Shown: positions 46,252-56,185, numbered from the stretch's first letter. The stretch: DNA of 64,000 nt from Bacilli bacterium (GCA_016290195.1 JAEETF010000016.1:12879-76878), one strand, 5' to 3'. Notes: generated by a model not told the origin, from the sequence alone. Numbers and translations: made by a program.

Positions 46252-47569
46252 GAGTATTGCACGTTTTATTGATAAAAAAATTGTCGTTCCAATTACAAGA
46301 GTAGTTGTAAAAATTACAGGTGGATTTGATAAATCAGGTAAACACTTTGAAACTTGGCTTTCAAAATCTAATACATTATTATTTATTTCATTATTTTTGG
46401 CTATTACAATTTTTATAATAATTGATCAAAAAATAATTTTCTTTAATGAAAGTTCAGCTGAGGTTTTAAAAAGTCAACCAGTTAATGTAGTATATAATGA
46501 AGAGGCATATGTTGTAGAAGGATTACCAGAAACAGTAGATATTACTCTTATAGGTAGTAAAACAGACTTATATATTGCTAAACAATCAGTTTCTAATGAA
46601 GTAAAAGTAGATTTATCAAAATTAAAACCAGGACAACATAAGATTGAAATAAAATATAATCAAGGGAATAGTTCTATTGATTATAGAGTTAATCCATCAG
46701 TTGCAACTGTAATTATTTATCCAAAAGTATCTGAAACAAAAATATTAACAATTGATTTATTAAATAAAGAATCATTAGATGATAAACTTACAATTGATAA
46801 GACAACAGTTGCTAGTGATAGAGTAATTGTTAAAGGAACAGAAGCTCAAATTAAACAAGTAGCTATTGTAAAAGCATTAGTAGATATTAAAAACTTAAAT
46901 ATTAAAAATGAAGGTGTTACTACTGTTGAAAGTGTGCCAATTCGTGCATATGATTCAACTGGAAATATTGTTGATGTAGAATTAGTACCAAGTAAAATTA
47001 ATGTTGATGTAAGTGTATCATCACCTAGTAAGGAAGTTCCAATTAGAATTATTCCAGAAGGTGAAGTTGCGTTTGGTCTTGCTATTTCATCAATTGAACA
47101 AAGTGATAAGACAGTAACAATTTATGGTACAGAAGAAGCTCTTAAAGAAATTACTTCAATTAATGTACCAGTTGATGTTTCAAATCTAAAAGAAGGAAAT
47201 CAATTTAAGATTGAACTTGAAAAACCAGTTGGTATACGTTCTATGAGCGTAAATAATATCACAGTTAAAGTTCAAGTAAGTAGTTCTACAGACATTGATA
47301 TACCAAATGTAAGAATAAATGCTATTAATTTAAATCCAGCATATAGTGTTCAAGCTAAGAGTGAAAATGATTTTGTAGTAACTGTTAATGTTAAAGGTGT
47401 TGAAAGTGTAATTAATAAGATTACAGCTGATGATATCAATGCATTTATTGACTTAACTGGATATACTCCTGGAACTTATGAAGTTGAAGTTCAAGTAGAA
47501 GGTACAGATTCAAAGATTAATTATGTTTCTAAAACTAAAAAAGTTAATATAATTATTCTTGAAAATTAA
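46238..47569 (+). CDS. cdaR: CdaA regulatory protein (YbbR-domain repeats)
   Basis: N-terminal TM plus repeated YbbR-like beta modules. Overlaps cdaA as in cdaA-cdaR operons. Confidence 0.7.
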   Translation: MKLFKSIARFIDKKIVVPITRVVVKITGGFDKSGKHFETWLSKSNTLLFISLFLAITIFIIIDQKIIFFNESSAEVLKSQPVNVVYNEEAYVVEGLPETVDITLIGSKTDLYIAKQSVSNEVKVDLSKLKPGQHKIEIKYNQGNSSIDYRVNPSVATVIIYPKVSETKILTIDLLNKESLDDKLTIDKTTVASDRVIVKGTEAQIKQVAIVKALVDIKNLNIKNEGVTTVESVPIRAYDSTGNIVDVELVPSKINVDVSVSSPSKEVPIRIIPEGEVAFGLAISSIEQSDKTVTIYGTEEALKEITSINVPVDVSNLKEGNQFKIELEKPVGIRSMSVNNITVKVQVSSSTDIDIPNVRINAINLNPAYSVQAKSENDFVVTVNVKGVESVINKITADDINAFIDLTGYTPGTYEVEVQVEGTDSKINYVSKTKKVNIIILEN

Positions 47570-47638
47570 AAAAAGAGATTGAAAAATCTCTTTTTTTTTG
47601 ATATCATATTGTATGAAAGAATAAAGGGAGGTCGTACT

Positions 47639-48457
47639 ATGAAGATCGAATTATTAGATAGTAAAGGTGTTCCATTTAGTTTAGTTAGATATTTTAATTT
47701 TAATAATCTTCAACTATTAATATATGTAACAAATGAAACACTTGATGAACAAGGCCGTTCAACTATTTATATATCAAAAATTGAAAATAATGGGGTATTA
47801 TCAGCAAATGTAGTTCCAGATGGAGAATGGGATATTGCTAAAAATATAATTAAGGATATTGTTAATGCAAATAAAAATGGACAACCATTACCAGTTGTTG
47901 ATTTAGATTATAATAATCTTGAAGGTATACAAATTAATGGTTCTAAAGCTTTAAAATTAATGTCAAACTATGTAGAAATATTAAAAGCTAATCAACCTAT
48001 ATTTGAAAAGGCTATTGTAAATAATATGGTTAATAATTCAGAACCAACTGGAAATTTTGAAAATGTAATTACTGATAATGTTGTATCTTTTGATCAAAAT
48101 CCTGGTATGTCAGTTTTTACACAGCCACCAGTATTTGAACAACAACCAGAACCTACAGTTCAACAATATCAACCAATTCCAGAAACTCAAGCCCCAGTAT
48201 TTGAACAACCTGTTCAAAATACAGTAGATTCAATGAATCAACCATTTCAACCAGTTCAAGATAGTGTAGTTACTAATATTCAGCCAGTTCAAAAATTTAA
48301 TAATAGTTATACACCATCAGTAAATGATAATATATCTGCTGCTGAAGATTATCAAAAATTATATTTTGAACAATTAGAACTTAATGAACAATTAAAATTA
48401 AAAATAGAAGATTATGAAAATAAATTGGAAACTTTAAAAAGTATAATTAATGAATAA
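47639..48457 (+). CDS. hypothetical protein: N-terminal DUF1292-like domain, Gln/Pro-rich linker, C-terminal coiled coil
   Basis: 'IELLDSKGVPFSLVRYFNF...IENNGVLSANVVPDGEWD'. RBS 'aaagggaggt'. Confidence 0.4.
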   Translation: MKIELLDSKGVPFSLVRYFNFNNLQLLIYVTNETLDEQGRSTIYISKIENNGVLSANVVPDGEWDIAKNIIKDIVNANKNGQPLPVVDLDYNNLEGIQINGSKALKLMSNYVEILKANQPIFEKAIVNNMVNNSEPTGNFENVITDNVVSFDQNPGMSVFTQPPVFEQQPEPTVQQYQPIPETQAPVFEQPVQNTVDSMNQPFQPVQDSVVTNIQPVQKFNNSYTPSVNDNISAAEDYQKLYFEQLELNEQLKLKIEDYENKLETLKSIINE

Positions 48458-48481
48458 TTATACTTTTTTTCATATAATTAA

Positions 48482-49327
48482 TTGGTGGTTATTGTGATAA
48501 ATAATGTTCTTAAATATTTTTATAATATAGATATTTCTGAATTAACTAACAAAAATGATAACTTAATATTTAATATAGGAAATAGCAAATACATATTTAG
48601 TAGATTAAATAGATCAAAAGAAGAACTAATGGAAATATATAATATTACAATAGTTTTATTAAATCATAATATACCATGCCATGAAATAGTTTTTAATCAA
48701 AATGGAGAATTAATTACGTATGTTGATCAAATACCATATGTATTACTTAAAAGTAATATTAATTCAAATGATATAATCACTTATAATGATGTAATTATGT
48801 TTGCAATTAAAACATCTAATATATGGCAGGAAAAATATATAAAAAGAAATAACTGGAAAGAATTATGGATAAATAAAATAGATAATTTAAATTACAAAAT
48901 TAAATTTCAAAAAGAAAATAATAATATATATTATTTTAATTATTTAGAAGGAGTGGTTGAAAACTGTATTCAATATATAAATGAAATAAATATAGAAAAT
49001 AATAATGTATTATCAATATGTCATAAAAGAGTAACTATTGATACAACATATGAAGAATTTTATAATCCATTAAATTTTATTATAGATTATAATTGCCGTG
49101 ATGTTGCTGAATATTTAAAATCTAAATTATTTAAAAATATAAATATAGAATATGAAATAAAATACTGGATTGAATTGCCAAAAAGAATGATATATGAAGT
49201 AGAACTATTTTTTGTTAGATTATTATTTCCAAGTTATCAATTAGATATATTTGAAAAAGAAAGAATAGTTAGTAATATAAATTTAAATAAAAAGTATGAA
49301 ATAGAAATAAAAAAATATATGAATTAA
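48482..49327 (+). CDS. hypothetical protein, possibly a CotS/YutH-like kinase-fold spore coat protein
   Basis: Weak N-terminal resemblance ('NDNLIFNIGNSKYIFSRL') to CotS-family starts. Confidence 0.3.
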   Translation: MVVIVINNVLKYFYNIDISELTNKNDNLIFNIGNSKYIFSRLNRSKEELMEIYNITIVLLNHNIPCHEIVFNQNGELITYVDQIPYVLLKSNINSNDIITYNDVIMFAIKTSNIWQEKYIKRNNWKELWINKIDNLNYKIKFQKENNNIYYFNYLEGVVENCIQYINEINIENNNVLSICHKRVTIDTTYEEFYNPLNFIIDYNCRDVAEYLKSKLFKNINIEYEIKYWIELPKRMIYEVELFFVRLLFPSYQLDIFEKERIVSNINLNKKYEIEIKKYMN

Positions 49328-49354
49328 TTTCTTCATATATTTATTTACCAAATA

Positions 49355-49597
49355 TTAATTGGCTTCATCTTCAGTAACATTAATTACTTCTTTGACAGTT
49401 GGTAACATTTCTTTAATTGCGTATTCAATACTATCTTTGATTGTATAATCAACTAAAGAACAGTTTTGACAAGCTCCCATTAGTTTTACATATACAATAT
49501 TGTTTTCATATTTAACAAATGATACATCTCCACCATCACTAATAAGAAATGGTCTAATTTTTTCAATTGTATCAATAATAATTTCTTCATCTGTCAT
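49355..49597 (-). CDS. NifU-like (Nfu-type) Fe-S cluster scaffold domain protein
   Basis: 'IRPFLISDGGDVSFV...LMGACQNCS' Nfu motif; RBS 'ggtga'. Confidence 0.8.
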   Translation of the reverse strand: MTDEEIIIDTIEKIRPFLISDGGDVSFVKYENNIVYVKLMGACQNCSLVDYTIKDSIEYAIKEMLPTVKEVINVTEDEAN

Positions 49598-49683
49598 AAA
49601 ATCACCAAAGTAATTATACAAAAAAAATAAATATTAGTAAAGACATAAGCAAAATAATGTGTTATAATCAAAGTGGTGGTTTT

Positions 49684-50049
49684 ATGAAATATGAAATTGG
49701 GAAGAAAATAATTGGCATTGTTTCAGGTATTACAGAATATGGTATTTTCGTAAAATTTGAAGATTCGTATACAGGACTTATTCATATTTCTGAAATATCT
49801 GATCGTTTTGTTAATAATATACATAATGTTGCTAAAGTAGGCGACAAAATAAAAGTAAAAGTTATAGAAATTGATCATGACAATAATCATTTAAAATTAA
49901 GTATCAAAAATTTTAATTATAAGAATATTAATAAGGATACTAAAATAATTGAGACAGCAAGTGGATTTAATACATTAGCTAGTAAGAGAGATTTTTGGAT
50001 AAAACAATATTTAAAAACAAAAAAAATCACAAATACTATTGACATGTGA
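49684..50049 (+). CDS. S1 RNA-binding domain protein (general-stress-protein-13/YugI-like)
   Basis: 'GKKIIGIVSGITEYGIFVKFEDSYTGLIHISEI' S1 fold. Confidence 0.7.
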   Translation: MKYEIGKKIIGIVSGITEYGIFVKFEDSYTGLIHISEISDRFVNNIHNVAKVGDKIKVKVIEIDHDNNHLKLSIKNFNYKNINKDTKIIETASGFNTLASKRDFWIKQYLKTKKITNTIDM

Positions 50050-50083
50050 CTTAATAAATGTTATATTTAATTACGTTGACATA

Positions 50084-50161
50084 CGGGCGATTAGCTCAGT
50101 TGGTTAGAGCACCTGCCTTACAAGCAGGGGGTCATAGGTTCGAGTCCTATATCGCCCACCA
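50084..50161 (+). tRNA. tRNA-Val (anticodon TAC)
   Basis: Acceptor stem gggcgat/atcgccc; anticodon loop 'ctTACaa'; T-arm 'ggttcgagtcc'; 3' CCA encoded. Confidence 0.85.
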
Positions 50162-50165
50162 TTAT

Positions 50166-50241
<76 letters not shown>

Positions 50242-50245
50242 TTTT

Positions 50246-50329
50246 GGAGGGATAGCGAAGTGGCCAAACGCGGCAGACTGTAAATCTGTTCCTTCGGGTT
50301 CGATGGTTCAAATCCATCTCCCTCCACCA
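50246..50329 (+). tRNA. tRNA-Tyr (anticodon GTA), class II with long variable arm
   Basis: Acceptor ggaggga/tccctcc; anticodon loop 'ctGTAaa'; variable arm 'ccttcgggt'; CCA encoded. Confidence 0.85.
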
Positions 50330-50335
50330 CGGAGA

Positions 50336-50368
50336 ACTGAAAAGAACTGGAAGATGTTCTTTTTTTTG
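50336..50368 (+). terminator. intrinsic terminator after the tRNA cluster
   Basis: 'aagaactggaagatgttctt' plus 'tttttt'. Confidence 0.6.
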
Positions 50369-50444
50369 TTGATTGATATAATATAAACATTTTATTGAAA
50401 TACTACCTTTATCAATATATAATAATATTATAGGAGGTATAACA

Positions 50445-51341
50445 ATGAATAGAGTATATTTAAAAGAAAGAGCTAAAGTAGCATTTAAAAGAAACTACTG
50501 GTTATGTGTTTTAGTAGCATTAATACTTGCTGTTATCACAGGTGCATCTTTAGGAAGTAGTGCAGGTAGTAGAAGTATTAAAGATGGCTATGAAAGAGGA
50601 AGACAAGAAAGTAGTTATCGCTATGAAGCAAGGATGAAAGAAAGTGCCAACGTATTAGATGCAGCAGCACCTATATATGGCGACACAGAATTAGGAGAAA
50701 AAGTGGCAATCGCAACAGCTATAGGAGTAGGCGTTTTTGTTGTTATAATTATTATTCTTATAGCAGTAGCCATTGGAATGGCAATTTCGGTTTTTGTCAC
50801 AAATGTCTTAGAAGTTGGCGCACGAAAATTCTTCTTAGATAATAGCGCTGAACCAGTAAAAATTGATGCTCTTGGCTATGGTTTTGAAGGTGGACATTAC
50901 TTGAATGTTGTTAAAGTAGGATTCATGAAAAACTTATATATATTCCTATGGTCATTACTATTTATAATACCAGGTATTATTAAATCATATGAGTATTACT
51001 ATGTTTCATATTTATTAGCAGAAGATCCTAATCTAGACTATAAAAAGGCTCTAGAGATGAGTAAAGAAATGACTGATGGACATAAGTGGGATATCTTTGT
51101 ACTTGAACTATCATTCTTAGGATGGCGTATTCTTGGAGCAATTACTTTCCAAATGGTAAACATCTTCTGGACTAACCCATATCAGTATGCAACAGAAGCT
51201 GAACTTTATTTATATGCAAAAGATGATTATAGAGAGTTTGTAGAAGTAAAAAAAGTTGAAGAAGAAAAACCAGTTGCAAAAGCTAAACCAAAAACAACTA
51301 AAACAACCAAAGCAAACACTAAAAAGAAAACAGAAAAATAG
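50445..51341 (+). CDS. DUF975-like integral membrane protein with Lys/Thr-rich C-terminal tail
   Basis: 'RNYWLCVLVALILA' and multiple TM helices, resembling DUF975. Confidence 0.45.
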   Translation: MNRVYLKERAKVAFKRNYWLCVLVALILAVITGASLGSSAGSRSIKDGYERGRQESSYRYEARMKESANVLDAAAPIYGDTELGEKVAIATAIGVGVFVVIIIILIAVAIGMAISVFVTNVLEVGARKFFLDNSAEPVKIDALGYGFEGGHYLNVVKVGFMKNLYIFLWSLLFIIPGIIKSYEYYYVSYLLAEDPNLDYKKALEMSKEMTDGHKWDIFVLELSFLGWRILGAITFQMVNIFWTNPYQYATEAELYLYAKDDYREFVEVKKVEEEKPVAKAKPKTTKTTKANTKKKTEK

Positions 51342-51353
51342 TATTTAGGCGAG

Positions 51354-51758
51354 ATGCAAATGAAACAAGATGAAAAAAAATCCAATAAAAATACTAAATT
51401 GATAATTATATTGGTCGCTCTAATAATGGGAGTTCCCGTTATTGTTCTGTTTTTGTTTGGATTTATAGGATTTATAACAGTAGGCAATAGATTTTCTTCA
51501 GCTAAAGCTAGTCTTTTTCAGTCTACAGCAATGTCACTATTGAAATATGCATATAATGAGAGTTACATAAGTAAAAATTATAATATAGATTGTAAGAGTC
51601 TAGATTCTTATAAAGATGAGGACATAAAAGCATGTAATATTATCTTTGATATTAATGGTAAGCCGTTTGCGACTATCATTGAAGGGAACGGAATTTATAA
51701 AGGATATTGTGTATATAATGGTACTATGACTAATGTCTCTGTTGTTAAATGTAGGTAA
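51354..51758 (+). CDS. hypothetical membrane-anchored protein
   Basis: N-terminal TM then Cys-containing soluble domain; no motif recognised. Confidence 0.35.
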   Translation: MQMKQDEKKSNKNTKLIIILVALIMGVPVIVLFLFGFIGFITVGNRFSSAKASLFQSTAMSLLKYAYNESYISKNYNIDCKSLDSYKDEDIKACNIIFDINGKPFATIIEGNGIYKGYCVYNGTMTNVSVVKCR

Positions 51759-51845
51759 TATAAATAAAAAGGATGTTAATTTGACATCCTTTTTTATTTT
51801 TGATACAATAGTATTCCGTCACGTAAAAAAGAGGTGTTTTAAATT

Positions 51846-52538
51846 ATGTTTTACGATGAAAAACAAGCTATGGATGCGTGCAAAGAAAATCCACTGCTCA
51901 TATTTGATTTCATTAAAATGGGGTATAAGGGTTTGGTTGATAAATTATTAGCAAAAGAAATTGTTAATGTAAATATGAAAGATGAAAATAATACAGATGT
52001 TATTTCAACTTTGTTAATGAGAAATTGGAACGATTTAGTTCTAAAATATATGAAGAAAAAATCATGGAATGTTAATAGTCAAAATAATGATGGCGATACA
52101 TTTGCACATATCTTAGTTACTAAGAAATATTTAGATGTATATCCAATTGTTGAAACATTACTAAAAAAAGAAAATTTAGTTCCTAATTTAAGAAATAAAA
52201 AAGGTGAAACTATTCTTGATAGAGCTATCAATAGCAATTATATTTCTATAACTGCAAAGATATTATCAGATGAAAGATTTAATAATATTGATTTAGTATC
52301 ATTTAGAAATTTATATGAGAACTATATTAAAAATGATAATTATGGTAAATATTCTAAGATTAGTAATTTAGAAATTATAGTAGATAATCTACAAGAAAAG
52401 AAGTTACATCCTAATATAAAGAAATTATTAAATTTAATAGTTGTTAACTATGAAGTTATTAAAGATGAAGTAGAAAACAATAATATTAGTTTTTTAGATA
52501 CTTTAGTTAATAATTATATTGATAATGTTATTTCCTAA
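51846..52538 (+). CDS. hypothetical protein
   Basis: No recognisable family (helical-repeat-like). Confidence 0.35.
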   Translation: MFYDEKQAMDACKENPLLIFDFIKMGYKGLVDKLLAKEIVNVNMKDENNTDVISTLLMRNWNDLVLKYMKKKSWNVNSQNNDGDTFAHILVTKKYLDVYPIVETLLKKENLVPNLRNKKGETILDRAINSNYISITAKILSDERFNNIDLVSFRNLYENYIKNDNYGKYSKISNLEIIVDNLQEKKLHPNIKKLLNLIVVNYEVIKDEVENNNISFLDTLVNNYIDNVIS

Positions 52539-52597
52539 ATACAACTTTACAGTTGTATTTTTTTTAATTATAATTAACTTTGATTGGAAGTGGTATT

Positions 52598-54010
52598 ATG
52601 CATACACCTGATTTAAATTTAGCACGTAAGAGAACAAATAATAGTGTTGAAACAATTAATTTTTGTTTTAATTCTGATTTAAGAGGAATTGCTAAAGATA
52701 AAAAATATTGTTTAAAGACTTATGGCTGTCAGATGAATGAACATGATAGTGAAAATATTAAAGCTTTACTAGAAGAAATGGGATTTAAAGAAAGTAGTAC
52801 TATGACTGGAGCAGATTTAATCATTTTAAATACTTGTTCTATTCGTGAAAACGCTCATAATAAAGCATTTGGCATGCTTGGTAGAATTAAAAAGATAAAA
52901 GAATCTAATAAAGATTTAATTGTTGGAATAATGGGATGTATGGCCCAAGAAGAAGTTGTTGTAAATGAAATTATGAACAAATATAAATGGGTTAGTTTTG
53001 TATTAGGTACTCATAATATTAATGAACTTCCAAATACTATTTTTAATCTTCTAAAAAATAATAAACTCACTATTGAGGTATATAGTAAAGAAGGAGAAAT
53101 AGTAGAGGGATTACCTAGTGTTAGAAATAATAAATATAAAGCCTTTGTTAATATTATGTATGGCTGTGATAAGTTTTGTACATATTGCATTGTTCCATAT
53201 ACTAGAGGTAAACAAAGAAGTAGAAAAAAAGAAGATATTATTAATGAAGTAATAGATTTAAAAAATAAAGGATATAAAGAAGTTACACTATTAGGTCAAA
53301 ATGTTAATGCTTATGGTAAAGATCTAAATATCAATTATACTATGAGTGACTTATTACAAGATGTTGCTAATACTGGCATTGATAGAGTTAGATTTATGAC
53401 TAGTCATCCTTGGGACTTTACTGATGAGATGATAGATGTTATTGCTAATAATCCCAATGTCATGCCACATATTCATTTACCTGTTCAATCTGGCAGTGAT
53501 AAAGTTTTAAAAATGATGGGAAGAAGATACACTAAAGATGAGTATATTGCTTTAGTTAAAAAGTTAAGGGAAAAGATACCTAATCTTTCATTAACGACTG
53601 ATATAATTGTTGGTTTTCCAACTGAAACACTAGAAGACTTTAATATGACATTAGATTTAGTTAAAGAAATAAATTATGATTTAGCATACACATTCATCTT
53701 TTCCAAAAGAGTTGGAACACCAGCTTACAATATGAAAGATGAAACTAGTTTAGAAGAAAAGAATAGAAGGCTTCAAGAGTTAAATTATTATATTAATAGT
53801 GCAGCTAATTTAAAAAACAAAGATTATGTTGGAAAGAAAGTTAAAGTATTAATAGAAGGATTTAGTGAAAAAGATAAGTCTAAATTAATGGGTTATACTG
53901 AAACTAATAAACTAGTAAATGTAACGGGTGATAAAGATAATATTGGTAAGATTGTAGATGTAAAAATAACTGACTATAAAACATGGAGTTTAGATGGCAA
54001 AATAGTATAA
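52598..54010 (+). CDS. miaB: tRNA-i6A37 methylthiotransferase
   Basis: 'KTYGCQMNEHDSE', radical-SAM 'CDKFCTYC', TRAM C-terminus. Has an unusual ~35-aa N-terminal extension; start is uncertain. Confidence 0.85.
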   Translation: MHTPDLNLARKRTNNSVETINFCFNSDLRGIAKDKKYCLKTYGCQMNEHDSENIKALLEEMGFKESSTMTGADLIILNTCSIRENAHNKAFGMLGRIKKIKESNKDLIVGIMGCMAQEEVVVNEIMNKYKWVSFVLGTHNINELPNTIFNLLKNNKLTIEVYSKEGEIVEGLPSVRNNKYKAFVNIMYGCDKFCTYCIVPYTRGKQRSRKKEDIINEVIDLKNKGYKEVTLLGQNVNAYGKDLNINYTMSDLLQDVANTGIDRVRFMTSHPWDFTDEMIDVIANNPNVMPHIHLPVQSGSDKVLKMMGRRYTKDEYIALVKKLREKIPNLSLTTDIIVGFPTETLEDFNMTLDLVKEINYDLAYTFIFSKRVGTPAYNMKDETSLEEKNRRLQELNYYINSAANLKNKDYVGKKVKVLIEGFSEKDKSKLMGYTETNKLVNVTGDKDNIGKIVDVKITDYKTWSLDGKIV

Positions 54011-54070
54011 TAAATGTTGATTTTAGAACTTATACGTGATATTATTTAAATATAAGGAGGATATAGATAT

Positions 54071-54487
54071 ATGGATGGAACTTATAGCGATGCATACAAT
54101 GCTGGTTATGCTATGGGACAAGCTTTCAGAATGAGCACACCAATGTTAATATTTTCATTAGTTGTTGCAGTATTTTCAATCGTTTGTATGTGGAAAGTAT
54201 TTAAGAAAGCTGGCCGTAATGGTTGGGAAGCAATCGTTCCTATTTACAATATTGTAGTTTTATTCCAAATTTCTGGAGTTAATCCACTACATATTTTATG
54301 GTTACTTTTACCATTCGTTGGTTCAATTGTTTTCTTAGTTTTCGCAATCAAAGCTTACGTTAATTTATCTAAGAGCTTTGGTAAGAGTACTGGATTTGCT
54401 GTTGGATTAGTTTTATTAAGTACTATCTTCATGGCAATTTTAGCCTTCGATAGTAGTACTTATACAGCTTTACCTGAAGCTAAGTAA
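54071..54487 (+). CDS. hypothetical small membrane protein
   Basis: Three TM helices. Confidence 0.4.
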   Translation: MDGTYSDAYNAGYAMGQAFRMSTPMLIFSLVVAVFSIVCMWKVFKKAGRNGWEAIVPIYNIVVLFQISGVNPLHILWLLLPFVGSIVFLVFAIKAYVNLSKSFGKSTGFAVGLVLLSTIFMAILAFDSSTYTALPEAK

Positions 54488-54512
54488 AAAAATGCATTTA
54501 ATGCATTTTTTT
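54487..54512 (+). terminator. intrinsic terminator
   Basis: 'aatgcatttaatgcatt' plus 'ttttttt'. Confidence 0.65.
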
Positions 54513-54574
54513 TATGTATTAATATTAATCTAATTATTCACTTCATATTATATATTAGGAGGATGGATGAACAT

Positions 54575-54862
54575 ATGAGAAAAGATTTGCCAAAATTATA
54601 CAAAGGGAATGTTTTACATGAAGTGAATAATAATATTTATTATTCTTCTTTGGAAAATAAAGAAAATATTGGTAAACAAGTTACAATTGATGAGTTATTT
54701 GCTAATTATTCTTATATCTTTAAAATAGATGTAATAATAAAAACGAAAGTTAAAGAATATCATACTAAAATTGCCGGTAAGATAGGGGATAGTATCATAA
54801 CATTAGATAATGATGTTATACCTATTAAAGAGATAATAAGTATAATTGTTTTATCAAAATAA
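54575..54862 (+). CDS. hypothetical small protein
   Basis: Start is ambiguous (54563 or 54575) relative to RBS 'aggagg'. Confidence 0.35.
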   Translation: MRKDLPKLYKGNVLHEVNNNIYYSSLENKENIGKQVTIDELFANYSYIFKIDVIIKTKVKEYHTKIAGKIGDSIITLDNDVIPIKEIISIIVLSK

Positions 54863-54881
54863 AAAAAGCATTGTGCTTTTT

Positions 54882-55286
54882 TTATATACAACTTACAAAA
54901 GTATCATCTAGGCACTTAATTGCCCCAAGACAATCTAAATTAACTGTGAAAAAAGAATTAGTAGCAACATAAGGATTAGGTGATTCTGTGTCAGGATTAG
55001 GTGCTAATACACGACAAGTACAACAACAACCTTCTTGAGCCTCAACTCTAAAAACACTACTTGTATCATCAGTGCCATTTAAAGTATATGGCATAGTTAA
55101 TAGAGTATTATTGCAACATGTATATAATGTAATAGGCCTTGTATTATAACATCCATTTGTTAAACAAGGTCCTAAAAAAGGTTTATCACAAGAGTCTAGT
55201 GTATCATCAATTACTTGACTTCTTTTTTGTAAGTTAATAATCGTACATAAGATGTTACTTAAGCCAGAACAGTTATTATTTTCCAT
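54882..55286 (-). CDS. CotY/CotZ/ExsY-family cysteine-rich spore coat/exosporium protein (paralog 3, downstream of tandem pair)
   Basis: 'FRVEAQEGCCCTCRVLAPNPD' and 'CLGAIKCL'. Strong RBS AAGGAGG. Only 10 nt after paralog 2. Confidence 0.65.
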   Translation of the reverse strand: MENNNCSGLSNILCTIINLQKRSQVIDDTLDSCDKPFLGPCLTNGCYNTRPITLYTCCNNTLLTMPYTLNGTDDTSSVFRVEAQEGCCCTCRVLAPNPDTESPNPYVATNSFFTVNLDCLGAIKCLDDTFVSCI

Positions 55287-55296
55287 TTATCCTCCT

Positions 55297-55707
55297 TTAT
55301 AAACAACTGATATATGTATCAGCTAAACATCTAATAGCACAAGTACAATCTAAATTTATACTAACAAAATCATTAGTTGTAACATAAGGATTAGGTGAGG
55401 TTTGATCAGGATTAGGAGCTAATACACGACAAGTGCAAGAGCATCCATCAACTTTCTCAACTCTTAGTACTGATGAAGTACCTACAACTTTTTCTTCTTC
55501 ATAAGTTGTAGAGTAGGGAAATGAGAGTACAGAACCAGTACAATTATATAAACTTAGTGGTCTTGTGTTATATGAAAGACAGCTATTTTGTCTTCCTAAA
55601 ATGGGACTATCACAAGTATTTTGGATATTTTCCACTTTATTACAATTATTTTGTAGAATGACAATAGTATTCAATATATCACTTATACAACAATTGTTAT
55701 TTGACAT
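55297..55707 (-). CDS. CotY/CotZ/ExsY-family cysteine-rich spore coat/exosporium protein (paralog 2, first of tandem pair)
   Basis: 'LRVEKVDGCSCTCRVLAPNPD' and 'CTCAIRCL'. RBS 'aaaggggtgg'. Confidence 0.65.
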   Translation of the reverse strand: MSNNNCCISDILNTIVILQNNCNKVENIQNTCDSPILGRQNSCLSYNTRPLSLYNCTGSVLSFPYSTTYEEEKVVGTSSVLRVEKVDGCSCTCRVLAPNPDQTSPNPYVTTNDFVSINLDCTCAIRCLADTYISCL

Positions 55708-55870
55708 ATTATTCCACCCCTTTATTTGTTCTAATATAAGATATTCTAAATATTTCTCTTTGGTGTCTTATTAATACCTATACAATATAGTTTATGATAT
55801 GTATTTTTAAAATTTAATATAAAACTTTCTTTTTTCTCATCTTTATAGTATAATTTTTACAGGTGATAAA

Positions 55871-56185
55871 ATGAAATATGAATATATTATAATTGCCATT
55901 ATACTTATTATTTTGTTGTTAGCGGTTATCAAAGCTAATAAAAAAGATGTTAAGTTAGATATGAATAAATTAGTTGAATATCTTGGCGGTAAAGATAATA
56001 TTTTAGATGTTGAATATAACTTATCTAGATTTATTGTTACTCTAGAAGATATAACTAAAGTAAACAAAGAAGCTATTCAAAAACTAGGAGCTAGAGGAAT
56101 AGTAGAGATAGATAATCAACTTAAAATTATACTTGGATCTAATTCTAAACAGTTAAAAAAGTATATTGACGACATGAAGCGATAA
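55871..56185 (+). CDS. membrane-anchored protein with a degenerate PTS EIIB(Glc)-like domain lacking the catalytic Cys
   Basis: 'LVEYLGGKDNILDVEYNLSRFIVTLED...LGARGIVEID' parallels EIIB 'LGGKENI..V.HCATRLR..VKD...LK.LGA.GV'. Terminator 'aagcgataaaaaaatcgctt' follows. Confidence 0.45.
   Translation: MKYEYIIIAIILIILLLAVIKANKKDVKLDMNKLVEYLGGKDNILDVEYNLSRFIVTLEDITKVNKEAIQKLGARGIVEIDNQLKIILGSNSKQLKKYIDDMKR

Noticed and set aside
51733-51951. 72-aa + strand ORF overlapping two neighbouring genes
   Set aside because: It bridges the intergenic region in a third frame. It has no RBS and a basic low-complexity sequence.
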